A stretch of DNA of 64,000 bases from Veronia pacifica (GTDB lineage: Bacteria; Pseudomonadota; Gammaproteobacteria; Enterobacterales; Vibrionaceae), in NCBI RefSeq assembly GCF_001707825.1, contig NZ_LYBM01000003.1:146354-210353 (forward strand), written 5' to 3'. The notes beneath the pieces were generated by a model that did not search any database, had not been told where the DNA came from, and saw only the letters and a program-made list of their open reading frames with translations. Shown piece by piece: positions 8,501 through 19,211 of this stretch. Made by a program: the position numbers and the translations under genes. Positions within the stretch are counted from its first letter, which is position 1. Each line of letters begins with the position of its first letter.

Positions 8501-10789
8501 TCAGTGAATAAAGTTATTAGGTCTTATCACTGGCCATCCGTCCTGCCATTCAATCTTGCCCATGTATGCTCTGCGTCTTTCTACGTGTGCCGGTAAACGC
8601 GAATCGGGATGAATGCTCGAACATTCAAGAGCGGCCTCAGAGGCATGAAACACCGCATACCAATCTTTTGTTTCCCTCTCTTGAATAAAGCCTGCATGTC
8701 CCGGACCTTTGAGCCTTGTGCGGTCTTTGCTCGAATCTTCAGGTAACATCGCTGTGTGCAAAAATGGGTGAGGACTCGGTTCATAAGGACCATACAATGA
8801 GCGTGACCGGGCAACACTTTCGGCATAGGATTCGGTGCAGAATCGTCCTGATGCGTAGAACAGATAGTAGTAGTCTTCATGTTTGATAAGCTCTGGCCCT
8901 TCAATTAATGAGCCTCCCGGAACCCACGAGTCTTCCCACAAACCATGACCTGATCGTAAAAGGGCTTTTCTGGTACCCTCTACCAATTGAATCGACTCGG
9001 TGTATGGATCAATATCAATTTGCTGAATAAAAAGGACAGTTTCAGGACTGGCAGTAAAACCCGCACTCCCACCACAGTCTTTTTCATCTCCGAATTGATA
9101 ATTAAGGGATATAGGGTAAAAGCAGTGGTTATTTTCCTGCTTCCATAGGAAATAGTATTTCCCATTATCTTTAAAAATATTCGGGTCAATCTCACCCGCA
9201 TGGAAATTACCCAAGTCGAGCACAACATCTGATACATGCTTAAATGCGCTGTCGCCAAGGCCATCATGGGAAAATACAACACCTATTCGGTGACGGCCAA
9301 TGTAGGTATATCTCGAATCAGACTCGGCTTCTTTTGGTGGACACCGTCCTCCCTCAGGTGAAGAGAACATCAACATGTATTCTTGATCTGTTAATTTAAA
9401 GGTTTCACTCGCCCAGCGCTGCTGACAGTTGGCCCAGTGTCGGTTGGTATCATCTACAGAGTCGTTGTAGGGATAAGTATGCTCAGGCGCTCTGCCAAAG
9501 TCCTTTCCGGCAAACTTTTCAGGTGTCATCCACCCTACTGGCTCATAGCCTGTCGGGTTTGCTAATTTCTCGCTTCGATACAGTTTAATGCCATCAAAAC
9601 TGGCGCAAGTAAGGTAATAGGCGTCACCGGAATCAACGATAAAGGGATCAGGGCAATGAGGAAAGTTACCCTCTCCATTCTGTTTAACGAGAGTTTTGAC
9701 GGAAATGGAGTCTGGATATCCTGCCCACCTGGTGCTAAAGATATTGACTGAACTCTGTCGACTGTCCTTCGATAGTGCTACCTGATTATCCCCGCAATCT
9801 CCCGCTGCCGATACATATCGCCCGCTTCCCTCAGGACGATTCACAGCAATCAATGTACCGCCTGCCATTTTTGCTGGTGCCAATTCCCCCTCTTCGACGA
9901 TAAACTCGAATTCCGTGGTGAGATCATCGGCTTCATCCAAGCTGACAAGGCTCAAGGTATTGTCATTGGGATCCGATGAATAGGTAACCGCGAAAATTTC
10001 GCTTTTCGTTGCCCCCTTCACTACACCTATTTTATATCTATTGTTACTAAGACCAATCATCTGGAAGGTTTGATTTTCGCCAAACGTTCTCCACAGATCC
10101 AAGTTAGTCAGGTTGTTGTCATAGCTCAACGCTCTGAATTCGCAGGTCTTCGCTGATGACGCCTCGATCATTCTGAAAGCACTGTTTTCATCGCAGCGAT
10201 CGTTCAGTGAAAGTTGAGTCTCGCGTCCACTGTCATAGCCAATAAAACGATGACAGGCGGCGTTTGACTTGCCCGGCGATATGGCTTCAAGACAAACCAT
10301 TTTTCCATCCTGATAACGAAACTCGCCATCGCTGGCAGTGTCCCTTATGTGGTTTGCGGGCTTAATTCTAAATAACTGGTTCGCACCTCTTTGGCTCCAG
10401 AGGTCAACAAGGGGGGAGTCACAAGCATCGATATAAGACATCCATCGTTGCCTACTGCCAGTATTCGGGCCTTCGGTGCACTCTGTATCTGCCCTTAGAT
10501 ACACAGAATCTGGCTCTGGTCCGGGTTGAGCTGTCCAGCGCTGGTTGTTTCCTGCTTTCGGCCATAAATCTAATGGCTTGCCCAGCTTGCAATTATCATG
10601 ACTTATAAAGTCGACGTGTTTCTCAATATCTGTTGCTGGTTTGGCTGTCTGAAAGTAAATACTCTGAGTATTTCGTTTAATCTCAATAAACACTCCCAAA
10701 GGAGCTGGCTTATCACAACCAAACAGCATCGCAATTACGATAAAATATAGCGGGAATAAAAAGCCGCGCTTTCTATTATGAGAAAACAT
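8501..10789 (-). CDS. lipoprotein glycoside hydrolase: N-terminal ricin-B/CBM13-like QxW repeats plus C-terminal GH43 domain
   Basis: Lipobox AMLFGC. QxW/QxF repeats (NQRW, NQLF, NQTF). GH43 catalytic-base motif DPFIVDSGDAYYL and acid motif LIEGPELIKHEDYYYLFYAS. RBS ggag sits 8 nt before ATG 10789. Confidence 0.75.
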   Translation of the reverse strand: MFSHNRKRGFLFPLYFIVIAMLFGCDKPAPLGVFIEIKRNTQSIYFQTAKPATDIEKHVDFISHDNCKLGKPLDLWPKAGNNQRWTAQPGPEPDSVYLRADTECTEGPNTGSRQRWMSYIDACDSPLVDLWSQRGANQLFRIKPANHIRDTASDGEFRYQDGKMVCLEAISPGKSNAACHRFIGYDSGRETQLSLNDRCDENSAFRMIEASSAKTCEFRALSYDNNLTNLDLWRTFGENQTFQMIGLSNNRYKIGVVKGATKSEIFAVTYSSDPNDNTLSLVSLDEADDLTTEFEFIVEEGELAPAKMAGGTLIAVNRPEGSGRYVSAAGDCGDNQVALSKDSRQSSVNIFSTRWAGYPDSISVKTLVKQNGEGNFPHCPDPFIVDSGDAYYLTCASFDGIKLYRSEKLANPTGYEPVGWMTPEKFAGKDFGRAPEHTYPYNDSVDDTNRHWANCQQRWASETFKLTDQEYMLMFSSPEGGRCPPKEAESDSRYTYIGRHRIGVVFSHDGLGDSAFKHVSDVVLDLGNFHAGEIDPNIFKDNGKYYFLWKQENNHCFYPISLNYQFGDEKDCGGSAGFTASPETVLFIQQIDIDPYTESIQLVEGTRKALLRSGHGLWEDSWVPGGSLIEGPELIKHEDYYYLFYASGRFCTESYAESVARSRSLYGPYEPSPHPFLHTAMLPEDSSKDRTRLKGPGHAGFIQERETKDWYAVFHASEAALECSSIHPDSRLPAHVERRRAYMGKIEWQDGWPVIRPNNFIH

Positions 10790-10826
10790 ATGCATATCTC
10801 CACGAAATTTATATATAAGACTGTAG

Positions 10827-12038
10827 TTACGCTTTGTTTCTTCCCCTAAAATCTACAGGTGTCATATTAACTTCAGCTTTAAATACTCGGTAAAGGTATT
10901 CCTCTGCTGAATATCCAGACATTTTTGCAATGTCGCTGACTGAAAGATCCGTTGTCATCAGTAAGTGTTTTGCATTATCTAACTTTGCATCATGTAAGGC
11001 TTTATGGATGGAATACCCCATCTTTTCTTTATATTTCTTTTCAACGAGTGTTCGTGAGAAACCAATACTATCGACCACTTGTTGAACTTTAATACCGCGC
11101 CTAAAGTTATTTCGGATATATGTATTCACCTGAATCACGACTGGATCGAGTTCGACATTAGATTGCGTAGTCTCGCCAAAATCAATATCACTGGGTGAAA
11201 TTAAGCCAGACTTAAATTTCACTCTTTCTTTCCTTATTTTTCTTATTAACATGTCACAAGCTAACTCACCGACTTCAGTTAATGGCATTTTTATTCCGGT
11301 CATTTTTTGTCGGGTTATAAAGTCGTCAATGTTATTTTCTTTCAGTGTGATAATGGACACTTCACCGGGAACGAGATAGCCAACCTCCAGACAGGCATCC
11401 AATAGTGCTTTCGAACGACTTTCATTAATTACCACAATGCCGCAAGGCTTAGGTAAAGAATTTATCCAGTTGATCAGTCGCTGATTTTCTTGTTTCCAGG
11501 ACCGAAAGTTAGTTAGCATCCCATGAAACGTTGACGTCTGGATATCTTCGCGCTCGCTGAGTGAATTAAATGCGTGCATTCGACCGATATAACGCGGATC
11601 ACTGGCATCGTCCAAAACATCATAGCAGCCAATGTAATAAATCCCCGCTGAGACAAAGCAGTCGACTGCCATATCAATACACGCCTTCGAATTTATTCCT
11701 ACAGTCATGACACTGAATTTTTTCTCTATTGCTTCAGATTGCTCAAGAACACCCACAATAGGTAGGCTTGTTCTTTCAAAAGTATTTATCTGAAGAGAGT
11801 CAGAATAATCAGCAATAATGCCATCGAACCAAATATCTTCAATATCTTGATGTTCAGACACTATTTCATTTCCGAATATTATTTCAACATCTACATTTTC
11901 TTTTAAAAGGTATTGATTTATTCCTCTAATGATACTGGCCTGTCTAGAAATAAGCGGATTCAAAAGCACGGCCAGCCTCAAGCGATTAGGCAGTAACTTA
12001 CTGGTATCAAGTGAAACCCTTCTTGCGGTAATTGTCAT
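10827..12038 (-). CDS. XylR-like transcriptional regulator (periplasmic-binding-protein-like sugar sensor domain plus AraC-type HTH)
   Basis: 403 aa. The C-terminal AraC/XylS HTH (…DIAKMSGYSAEEYLYRVFK…) and N-terminal PBP-like fold match XylR architecture. Confidence 0.75.
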   Translation of the reverse strand: MTITARRVSLDTSKLLPNRLRLAVLLNPLISRQASIIRGINQYLLKENVDVEIIFGNEIVSEHQDIEDIWFDGIIADYSDSLQINTFERTSLPIVGVLEQSEAIEKKFSVMTVGINSKACIDMAVDCFVSAGIYYIGCYDVLDDASDPRYIGRMHAFNSLSEREDIQTSTFHGMLTNFRSWKQENQRLINWINSLPKPCGIVVINESRSKALLDACLEVGYLVPGEVSIITLKENNIDDFITRQKMTGIKMPLTEVGELACDMLIRKIRKERVKFKSGLISPSDIDFGETTQSNVELDPVVIQVNTYIRNNFRRGIKVQQVVDSIGFSRTLVEKKYKEKMGYSIHKALHDAKLDNAKHLLMTTDLSVSDIAKMSGYSAEEYLYRVFKAEVNMTPVDFRGRNKA

Positions 12039-12088
12039 CCTTGAGGCCTATTCCGAATAGACTGTGTATTAATACAAAAAAAAGAAAT

Positions 12089-13066
12089 TTATGCCTTCGC
12101 TTTACTGGCTATTTTATTTATTACTCCTGATGAAATTATTTTCTGTATTAGAATGAAGAAAAATAGAAGAACACCAATGATTATTTTTGTCCACCAAGAG
12201 TTTAACGTTCCGTCAAAGGTGATAATTGTCTGAATCGTTCCTTGGATCAGCACGCCAAAAAGTGTTCCGATAACATAGCCGACACCACCCGATAAGAGTG
12301 TTCCACCGATCACTGCTGAGGCAATGGCATCAAGCTCCAATCCCATCGCTGACAGGGCATATCCCGAAAAGGTATAAAACGTAAAGAGGATCCCTGCCAA
12401 CGCGGCAAGAAAACTGCTGGTGGCGTACACCATGATTTTTGTTTTATTGACAGGTATCCCCAGTAATACCGATGAGCTCTCACTGCCGCCGATAGCATAT
12501 ATATGCCTGCCAAACGGCGTGTAGTGAGCAATGAGGGTAAAGATGCCAACCACAGCGATAAGAATAAGTGTGCTGACGGTGATTGAGCCGTTATCAGGCA
12601 AATCGATCGAAAAGTCACTGATCGCATCATAAAAGCTATGGCTGATCGGTACAGACTCCAGACTGATCACCAAAGATAAGCCGCGAAGAAAAAACATGCC
12701 CGCCAGCGTCACGATAAATGGTGGTAAGTCATAAGCATCAATCAGATACCCCATCAAGCTGCCAAAGGCAGTGGCGATAACGAGAACGACAGCAAACGCG
12801 AGCAACGGATGAAAGTGATAGTGCTCGATCATGACGGATACCGATACGCCGACACAGGCAATCATTGCACCGACTGAGAGATCAATACCGCCTGAGATGA
12901 TCACCAGCGTTAACCCTACTGCCGCGACAATAAGAAATGCATTATCATTAAACAGGTTAGTAAGCACGCGGACAGAGAAGAAAGACTCAAACATCAATCC
13001 GCCGAAAATATAAAGCGCGGAGAAGACAACAACAGTCGCGACAAGAGGTAAATATTTAGTCTGCAT
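12089..13066 (-). CDS. yjfF: sugar ABC transporter permease, YjfF-like
   Basis: Polytopic membrane ORF with the GGIDLSVGA permease motif. Fourth gene of a YtfQRT-YjfF-type cluster. Confidence 0.8.
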   Translation of the reverse strand: MQTKYLPLVATVVVFSALYIFGGLMFESFFSVRVLTNLFNDNAFLIVAAVGLTLVIISGGIDLSVGAMIACVGVSVSVMIEHYHFHPLLAFAVVLVIATAFGSLMGYLIDAYDLPPFIVTLAGMFFLRGLSLVISLESVPISHSFYDAISDFSIDLPDNGSITVSTLILIAVVGIFTLIAHYTPFGRHIYAIGGSESSSVLLGIPVNKTKIMVYATSSFLAALAGILFTFYTFSGYALSAMGLELDAIASAVIGGTLLSGGVGYVIGTLFGVLIQGTIQTIITFDGTLNSWWTKIIIGVLLFFFILIQKIISSGVINKIASKAKA

Positions 13067-14111
13067 CCTGCGCTCCTTTCTTCAATAGTCCTTTGACTGA
13101 CTGCCTGAATTTGGCTGAGAGCAACAGCATCACCAGAACTACCACCACAGATTTGATGACAAACGTGAACTGCGCGGGAATACCATTGGTGAGGATCGTG
13201 GTAGTGATCGTTTGAAGGAGCAGGACGCCGATCAGCGTAGACCAGAGGTAAAACTTACCGCCAATTAATGCTGTTCCACCAATGACTACTGCCAAAATCG
13301 CATCGAGCTCAGACCATAGTCCGGCATTATTGGCATCGGCTCCCTTGATATCAGCGGCCAATATCATCCCTGCCAGCCCGGCGCAAATGCCGCAGAAGGC
13401 ATACACAAACATCTTGGTGAATTTTTCATTCAATCCAAGGTAATGGCTTGCTTTTGGATTACCCCCGACAGAGGCAATGAAAAGCCCAAGCGACGTTGCC
13501 TTCATTAGCCAAGCCGTCAGTCCATACATAATGAGGACGATGATCACCGGGGTGGGAATACCCAGAAGGTAACCATTGCCGATGAACTCGAATGCCGGGA
13601 AGTTAAAGGTGAGTACCTGACCATCGGTAATTAGCTGAGCAACACCGCGACCTGCCACCATCAGCATTAACGTCGCAATGATGGGTTGAATACCGATATA
13701 GATCACGAGAAGTCCATTCCAAGCACCTGCAATACCAGCCACTAAGAGAGTGATAGCCACAATGGACAACAAGGACTCTATTTGCACTATTGATATGAGG
13801 TAGGCGCTTGTTGCGCCTGCAATGGCAACGACTGCACCGACCGACAAGTCAATCCCTCCCGTGGCGATGACTAACGTCATCCCGAGTGCCAGTAAAGCGA
13901 TGGGCGACGCCCGATTGGCGATATCAATCAAGCTGCCAAATAAGTGGCCGTTCTTGATTTCGACCGTCAAAAACCCAGGGTCAAACACACCATTCGCGAT
14001 GATCAATAAAAAGAGGGAAAGCGCTGGCCAGAAAACCGAATTATTGATGATTCTCGGCCAGGTTTTCTTTGGCTTCACTGGTACGTTTTTGTTCGTATTT
14101 GCAAGTGTCAT
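13056..14111 (-). CDS. ytfT: sugar ABC transporter permease, YtfT-like
   Basis: Polytopic membrane ORF with the GGIDLSVGA motif. Overlaps its neighbours by 4-11 nt. Confidence 0.8.
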   Translation of the reverse strand: MTLANTNKNVPVKPKKTWPRIINNSVFWPALSLFLLIIANGVFDPGFLTVEIKNGHLFGSLIDIANRASPIALLALGMTLVIATGGIDLSVGAVVAIAGATSAYLISIVQIESLLSIVAITLLVAGIAGAWNGLLVIYIGIQPIIATLMLMVAGRGVAQLITDGQVLTFNFPAFEFIGNGYLLGIPTPVIIVLIMYGLTAWLMKATSLGLFIASVGGNPKASHYLGLNEKFTKMFVYAFCGICAGLAGMILAADIKGADANNAGLWSELDAILAVVIGGTALIGGKFYLWSTLIGVLLLQTITTTILTNGIPAQFTFVIKSVVVVLVMLLLSAKFRQSVKGLLKKGAQDAD

Positions 14112-15610
14112 GCACCGCTCCCAATAGCCCTGACGATATCTGTAGTTGTCACTGGTTTCTCTGACAAAACCGTAACCGGATGCTTATCCTTCATGACTAA
14201 CACCTCGTCACTCGACTCTGTGACCTCTTCTAGCTCAGAAGAAATAAGCACAACCGATACCCCTTGCTTGCAGAGGTTGGCGATGATCTGTTTGATTTCC
14301 TGTTTTGCGCCCACATCAATCCCCCGTGTTGGCTCGTCAAGGATCAAGATGGCTGGTTCAACGCATAACCAACGGGCAAGAATGACCTTTTGCTGGTTGC
14401 CACCACTGAGATTTTTAACAGGCGTGTCCCAATGCGAGGTAACAATATTGAGATGACGTATGAAGCGTTTGGCGATGTCTTCTTGCTCGGCAGCCGGAAT
14501 TTTATCGAAAACACCGCGTCTGGCTTGGAGTGCGAGGATAATATTGTCTTTCACCGACAGGTCAGGAATGATTCCCTCACTCTTTCTATCTTCAGGACAC
14601 AAGGCGATACCAGCCGCGATAGCCTGCCTTGGTGATGAAATCTTCTCGCTCTCACCGAAGATCTCAATCGCGCCGCTGTCAGCATGCTCTAGGCCAAAGA
14701 GGAGCTGAGCAAGTTCCGTTCGACCTGAACCCAGCAAGCCCGCAACACCATAAACTGTGCCTTTGGTCAGCATCATATCAACGGGTGCCAGAAAACGATG
14801 TTTACCCATATTTTTTACGTTCAGCGCGATTTCTTCTTTACTCACCTCAGACGTGTCTTTGTATATTTCTCTGTTTTTGTTTAATGGCTGATTAAGCATC
14901 AACCTAACCAGCGCTTCCTGACCCAGTGATTCAGTGTCATAAGTCCCCAATTTGGTGCCGTTTCTGAGCACGGTAATACGGTCCGTGACCTGATAAACCT
15001 GGTCGAGGAAATGGGTGACAAAGATAATGCCGATACCTTTCTTGGCGAGATTTCGCATCATCTCAAATAGATTCTCTACCTCTTTACCGTCCAGCGATGC
15101 CGTAGGTTCATCAAGAATCAGGACTTTGGCCGACATGTCTACACCGCGGGCAATTGCAACCATCTGCTGCACTGCCACCGAGTACGCATCAAGGTTTTGC
15201 GTGACATCGACATTGATATTCAGCTCGTCCATTCGCTTCTGCGCCAGAGCATGCATCTGCTTTCTGTCAATCAATCCAAATCGTTTTGGCTGACGACCGA
15301 AAAAGATGTTCTCTGCAATGCTCTGCGTGGGGATGAGATTGACTTCCTGATAGACAGTGCTTATCCCTACTTCTGCCATATCGGTGGCAGAAGCACGGGT
15401 AATATTCACATCATCGAGAATGACTTTGCCTTTCTCAGCACGATAAATCCCGGTAATGCATTTGATCAGTGTTGACTTGCCAGCACCGTTTCCACCGAGG
15501 AGTGCGTGAATTTCACCCCGTCGCAATGAGAAGTCTACGTCTGAGAGGGCTCTTACACCCGGAAATGACTTGGTCATTCCTGTGACTGACAATATGCGAT
15601 CTTCCATCAT
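14108..15610 (-). CDS. ytfR: sugar ABC transporter ATP-binding protein with duplicated ATPase domains, YtfR-like
   Basis: Two Walker A sites (GGNGAGKST; GLLGSGRTE) and LSGGNQQK signature motifs. Start set at MMEDRILSV with RBS aagga. Confidence 0.85.
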   Translation of the reverse strand: MMEDRILSVTGMTKSFPGVRALSDVDFSLRRGEIHALLGGNGAGKSTLIKCITGIYRAEKGKVILDDVNITRASATDMAEVGISTVYQEVNLIPTQSIAENIFFGRQPKRFGLIDRKQMHALAQKRMDELNINVDVTQNLDAYSVAVQQMVAIARGVDMSAKVLILDEPTASLDGKEVENLFEMMRNLAKKGIGIIFVTHFLDQVYQVTDRITVLRNGTKLGTYDTESLGQEALVRLMLNQPLNKNREIYKDTSEVSKEEIALNVKNMGKHRFLAPVDMMLTKGTVYGVAGLLGSGRTELAQLLFGLEHADSGAIEIFGESEKISSPRQAIAAGIALCPEDRKSEGIIPDLSVKDNIILALQARRGVFDKIPAAEQEDIAKRFIRHLNIVTSHWDTPVKNLSGGNQQKVILARWLCVEPAILILDEPTRGIDVGAKQEIKQIIANLCKQGVSVVLISSELEEVTESSDEVLVMKDKHPVTVLSEKPVTTTDIVRAIGSGA

Positions 15611-15661
15611 CCCTTTTCCTTTTTTTGCCGGGCTGAAAAGCCAACCCGGCATCAGGCTTTA

Positions 15662-16606
15662 TTAGTATTTGCGAGAAGCGACAGTCTCTTTCGCATTTTC
15701 TCTGAGATGGATGAGGTCATCTTGTACCACCCATTTAGGTGCTTCTTTGCCCGCCAGCGCGAGTTCAACCTGATCAAAGGCCAAAGGTCCAAGCAAAGGG
15801 TTACACTCGACGGTGGCATTGAGGTCACCATCAATCATGGCCTCAAACGCCCCTTTCACCGCATCGACCGAAATCAGTTTGATGTCTTCACCGGGCACCA
15901 TACCGAAGTCTTTAATCGCCTGAATAGCACCCAGCGCCATGTCGTCATTGTGTGCGTACACAGCATCAATGTTGTTGCCATGTGCTTTGAGGAAAGCTTC
16001 CATGACTTCTTTACCTTTGGTGCGCGTAAACTCTCCATTTTGGGTAGCGATGATGTTGAGCTTAGGGAACAAATCGACAACTTCTTTGAATCCTTTCTGA
16101 CGGTCAATGGCTGCGCTTGCCCCGGTACTTCCCTGCAATTCGACGACCTTGCCCTGTCCATGAAGTGCTTGCGCTAACCAACTGCCTGCCAGACGTCCTT
16201 CAAAAATGAAATCAGAAGCAACCTTGGTGTAATAGAGGGAGTCGTCATCAACAGCAATGCCACGGTCAACAAGGATGACAGGGATTTTCGCTTTCTTTGC
16301 TTCGCGCAACACACGCTCCCAGCCTGTCTCTACGACAGGGGCGAGAATAATGGCGTCCACACCCTGTGCAATAAAGGAACGAATCGCTTTAATCTGATTC
16401 TCCTGTTTTTGCTGTGCATCAGAAAATTTGAGCGTATAGCCACGTTTCTGAGCCTCTTCTTTGATAGATTGCGTTTCCGCCGTCCTCCAAGAGCTTTCAG
16501 CCCCGATTTGGGCAAAGCCGACGGTGATTGCAAATGCCTTGAACGAGAACAACAGGGTGAAGACCGCTATGAACAGCAACCGTATGTACGACTTTTTTCC
16601 TGACAT
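15662..16606 (-). CDS. ytfQ: periplasmic sugar-binding protein, YtfQ-like (galactofuranose-binding family)
   Basis: Signal peptide MSGKKSYIRLLFIAVFTLLFSFKAFA. Periplasmic-binding-protein type I fold, collinear with E. coli YtfQ. Confidence 0.85.
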   Translation of the reverse strand: MSGKKSYIRLLFIAVFTLLFSFKAFAITVGFAQIGAESSWRTAETQSIKEEAQKRGYTLKFSDAQQKQENQIKAIRSFIAQGVDAIILAPVVETGWERVLREAKKAKIPVILVDRGIAVDDDSLYYTKVASDFIFEGRLAGSWLAQALHGQGKVVELQGSTGASAAIDRQKGFKEVVDLFPKLNIIATQNGEFTRTKGKEVMEAFLKAHGNNIDAVYAHNDDMALGAIQAIKDFGMVPGEDIKLISVDAVKGAFEAMIDGDLNATVECNPLLGPLAFDQVELALAGKEAPKWVVQDDLIHLRENAKETVASRKY

Positions 16607-17220
16607 TTTCGTCTCCTTGAAAATTGAGAACCTTTCTATTAGCCAACAAACTGCGTCAACTGGTGATTGTTTCGTTAACGCATCAACTATAGGTCTGCCA
16701 AAAATGTTTCACGTACTGGAAAATTAACCATCCGCCTGTCTTTTTGATTGATTCAGCAACAGTCGAAAAATCTGAGTGGATATTTAGTAAATAAAATCAG
16801 AGATCTAAGAGAGGAAAAAATACAGTGTCGCTTATTGATTGAACCCGCCAGATCAGCAGCCACCAAGGAATACACTGTACTGAAAAAAGACATGCCGCTA
16901 CTGAACGTTATTAATCAAAAAATCGATTGAATGAGCTGTTGATAGAGAACGAATATCCGGTGCTGGCTAACGTGACTGGAGCAAAGATGTAAGGGTGATC
17001 AAACTGTTATCAACACTTCTGGATACTGGAAAACGAGGCATCCTTAGCAATGGTCACTTGCCCGATCAGAGGCTCCAAACCGTGACATTCCTGTCAATGT
17101 GTATAATCCCTGATTAACCTGATCCGGCCTCGTTTTAGGTTTTATAGCCTCCAAATTTACAGTGAACAGCTTTATTTGGTTATCTGGTGAGCCAATGGCG
17201 ACACGAACAGATGCCGTCAC

Positions 17221-18780
17221 CTAGAACAAATCAAGATGCAGCCTGTTTTGTTCAACCAACATCTTGTATGTACCTGAATTGTCCTCACTGTTGTCTATCG
17301 ACAACGCATTCAGCATAGGCTCAATTTGACTGGCTAGGTTTTGCTTCCTTCCGCACACATAAACCTTTGCCCCCATGTCTATGAGCTCTCTAACAGCAGC
17401 ATGTTGTTGCCTCACCGAATCTTGCACGTAATGTTTGGTTTCTTGGTCGCGTGAGAAAGCAACAAAACAGTTTTGTAAGACTCCTGAGTCAAGCCAGTGC
17501 TTAATTTCATCACGGTAAACATAATCGACACTTTGGTGTTTTTCACCAAAGAACAAAATACAAGGTGCAGACGATTGGTGCTTCTCTCTGGATTGCAAAT
17601 ATCCTATGAAAGGCGCGATGCCAGCACCCGTGGCGATTAAGATACTGGGAGAGTTAACATCATAGTGAAAGCCGGGATTTGCACGTACGAAAAGAGGGAG
17701 GGTGTCACCAATATTGAGCGATTGTAGGTATGCTGTCGAACAGCCAGGTTTTGGCGAAGTACTTTCTGGATCGCTCCACACTTCTCTCACGCAAAGCTCT
17801 AACACGTCGGCATTTGCAAGCTGGCTTGATGCAATAGAATACGTTCTCGGTTCGATACCGGACAGAGCATCTGCAAATTCATTGATAGTCATGGTTCCCT
17901 CAGGATAAAAGTCCGTCAGAAAATCATTGAACTGATGCCTTTTCATGTAGTCATTCAATGCCACTTTATTCTTATACTTAAGTAAGGATTTTAAATCACT
18001 ATTAGGGAAAGCTGACGCTATTTTTCGCACTACTGCTTTGCTGATTCGAGCAATTTCTTTCTCTTTTAGCCATCTTTCTGCCTCTGCTACCGATACTCCA
18101 AAATAGTAAGCGAAGGGAGTAAGCAATGGCTCGGTATTGCACGGCTTTAGGTGAACGATATCTCCCGGTTGATAACGGATACCGCTATTTTTGATACATA
18201 TCCGGATACGATATAAGCTCGGAAATGTGCCAGATATCTTGGTGGCAGAAAGTAGAGGTGCGGAGAACAGAGCATTTTCGCCATAGGAAGACACGGATAT
18301 ATTCAGCGCTTCCCCTGCACGCAGATCGCCTTTCAGAAGGACGGCTTTCAACACCGTTTTCCACTCTTCAAATAACACACGGTAACTTAAGTCTGCATCC
18401 ACACGATTGATCAGGCGTCGGGCACCGTTTGCTGAAAGCGCACTGTCGAGACTTTTACTGAAGCCACAAAAGTTAGGATATGCTGTATCACCCAGTCCAA
18501 AAACAGCAAAAGGGAACAAGAGAGGCTGAGAGATTTCCTGAAACGATTGCCAGAAGTATTCTGCGTTACTCGGTGGTTCTCCGTCACCAAACGAACTGGA
18601 AATAAAAGCGGTAAATGTGTCATCTTTCAATTCCGTTGGGTCAAACTCATCCAACGCTTTGAGAGTAATAGTAAAATTATTAGCGAGTTCGCTGTCAGAA
18701 GAGAGCTGGCGCGCCAGCTCTTTTGCATTTCCCGACACAGACCCGTATACAACGTATATGTTGCGAATAACAGGTTGCAT
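17221..18780 (-). CDS. diflavin reductase (flavodoxin-like FMN domain plus FAD/NAD(P)-binding ferredoxin-reductase domain; CysJ/CPR-like)
   Basis: N-terminal flavodoxin motifs (VYGSVSGNAKE; FGLGDTAYPNFC). RTYSIASS FAD motif. ILIATGAGIAPFIGYLQ NADP motif. Confidence 0.8.
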   Translation of the reverse strand: MQPVIRNIYVVYGSVSGNAKELARQLSSDSELANNFTITLKALDEFDPTELKDDTFTAFISSSFGDGEPPSNAEYFWQSFQEISQPLLFPFAVFGLGDTAYPNFCGFSKSLDSALSANGARRLINRVDADLSYRVLFEEWKTVLKAVLLKGDLRAGEALNISVSSYGENALFSAPLLSATKISGTFPSLYRIRICIKNSGIRYQPGDIVHLKPCNTEPLLTPFAYYFGVSVAEAERWLKEKEIARISKAVVRKIASAFPNSDLKSLLKYKNKVALNDYMKRHQFNDFLTDFYPEGTMTINEFADALSGIEPRTYSIASSQLANADVLELCVREVWSDPESTSPKPGCSTAYLQSLNIGDTLPLFVRANPGFHYDVNSPSILIATGAGIAPFIGYLQSREKHQSSAPCILFFGEKHQSVDYVYRDEIKHWLDSGVLQNCFVAFSRDQETKHYVQDSVRQQHAAVRELIDMGAKVYVCGRKQNLASQIEPMLNALSIDNSEDNSGTYKMLVEQNRLHLDLF

Positions 18781-18782
18781 AT

Positions 18783-19211
18783 TTACGCTTCCTCATAATA
18801 CTCGTCGAAGACTTCTTTCGAGAATTCAACAGATTCATAATCTGCCAATAAATCATTGATTACGCGCCTAACACTGATGTACTCAGTGATCTCCCCTGCT
18901 TCATTGAATATGGGGTGTACCGTGGTATCAACCACATAAATCTCACCATTTTTGCCTTTATTGGGTATTATGCCAGTCCAGATTTTCCCTGCTTTGATGG
19001 TATCCCACATGTTTTTGTATACTTCTTTTGGTACTTGTTCCACACGGACCAGATTGTGAGGCTGACCGATCAACTCATTTTCCTCATACCCAGTAAGCTG
19101 ACAAAATAATGAATTCACATAGGTGATATTACCTTCCAGATCGGTTTTAGAAATTACCAGCGCATTTTGAACAGCTGTCATAATTTGGTCATTGAGGCTT
19201 TGTTGGCTCAT
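18783..19211 (-). CDS. stand-alone PAS domain protein
   Basis: 142-aa ORF with a PAS fold pattern (NITYVNSLFCQLTGYEENELIGQ…GEIYVVDTTVHPI). Its stop is 2 nt from the reductase ATG. Confidence 0.7.
   Translation of the reverse strand: MSQQSLNDQIMTAVQNALVISKTDLEGNITYVNSLFCQLTGYEENELIGQPHNLVRVEQVPKEVYKNMWDTIKAGKIWTGIIPNKGKNGEIYVVDTTVHPIFNEAGEITEYISVRRVINDLLADYESVEFSKEVFDEYYEEA

Noticed and set aside
18783-19211. PAS protein as a LOV blue-light sensor
   Set aside because: There is no GXNCRFLQ cysteine motif. The corresponding region reads PHNLVRV.
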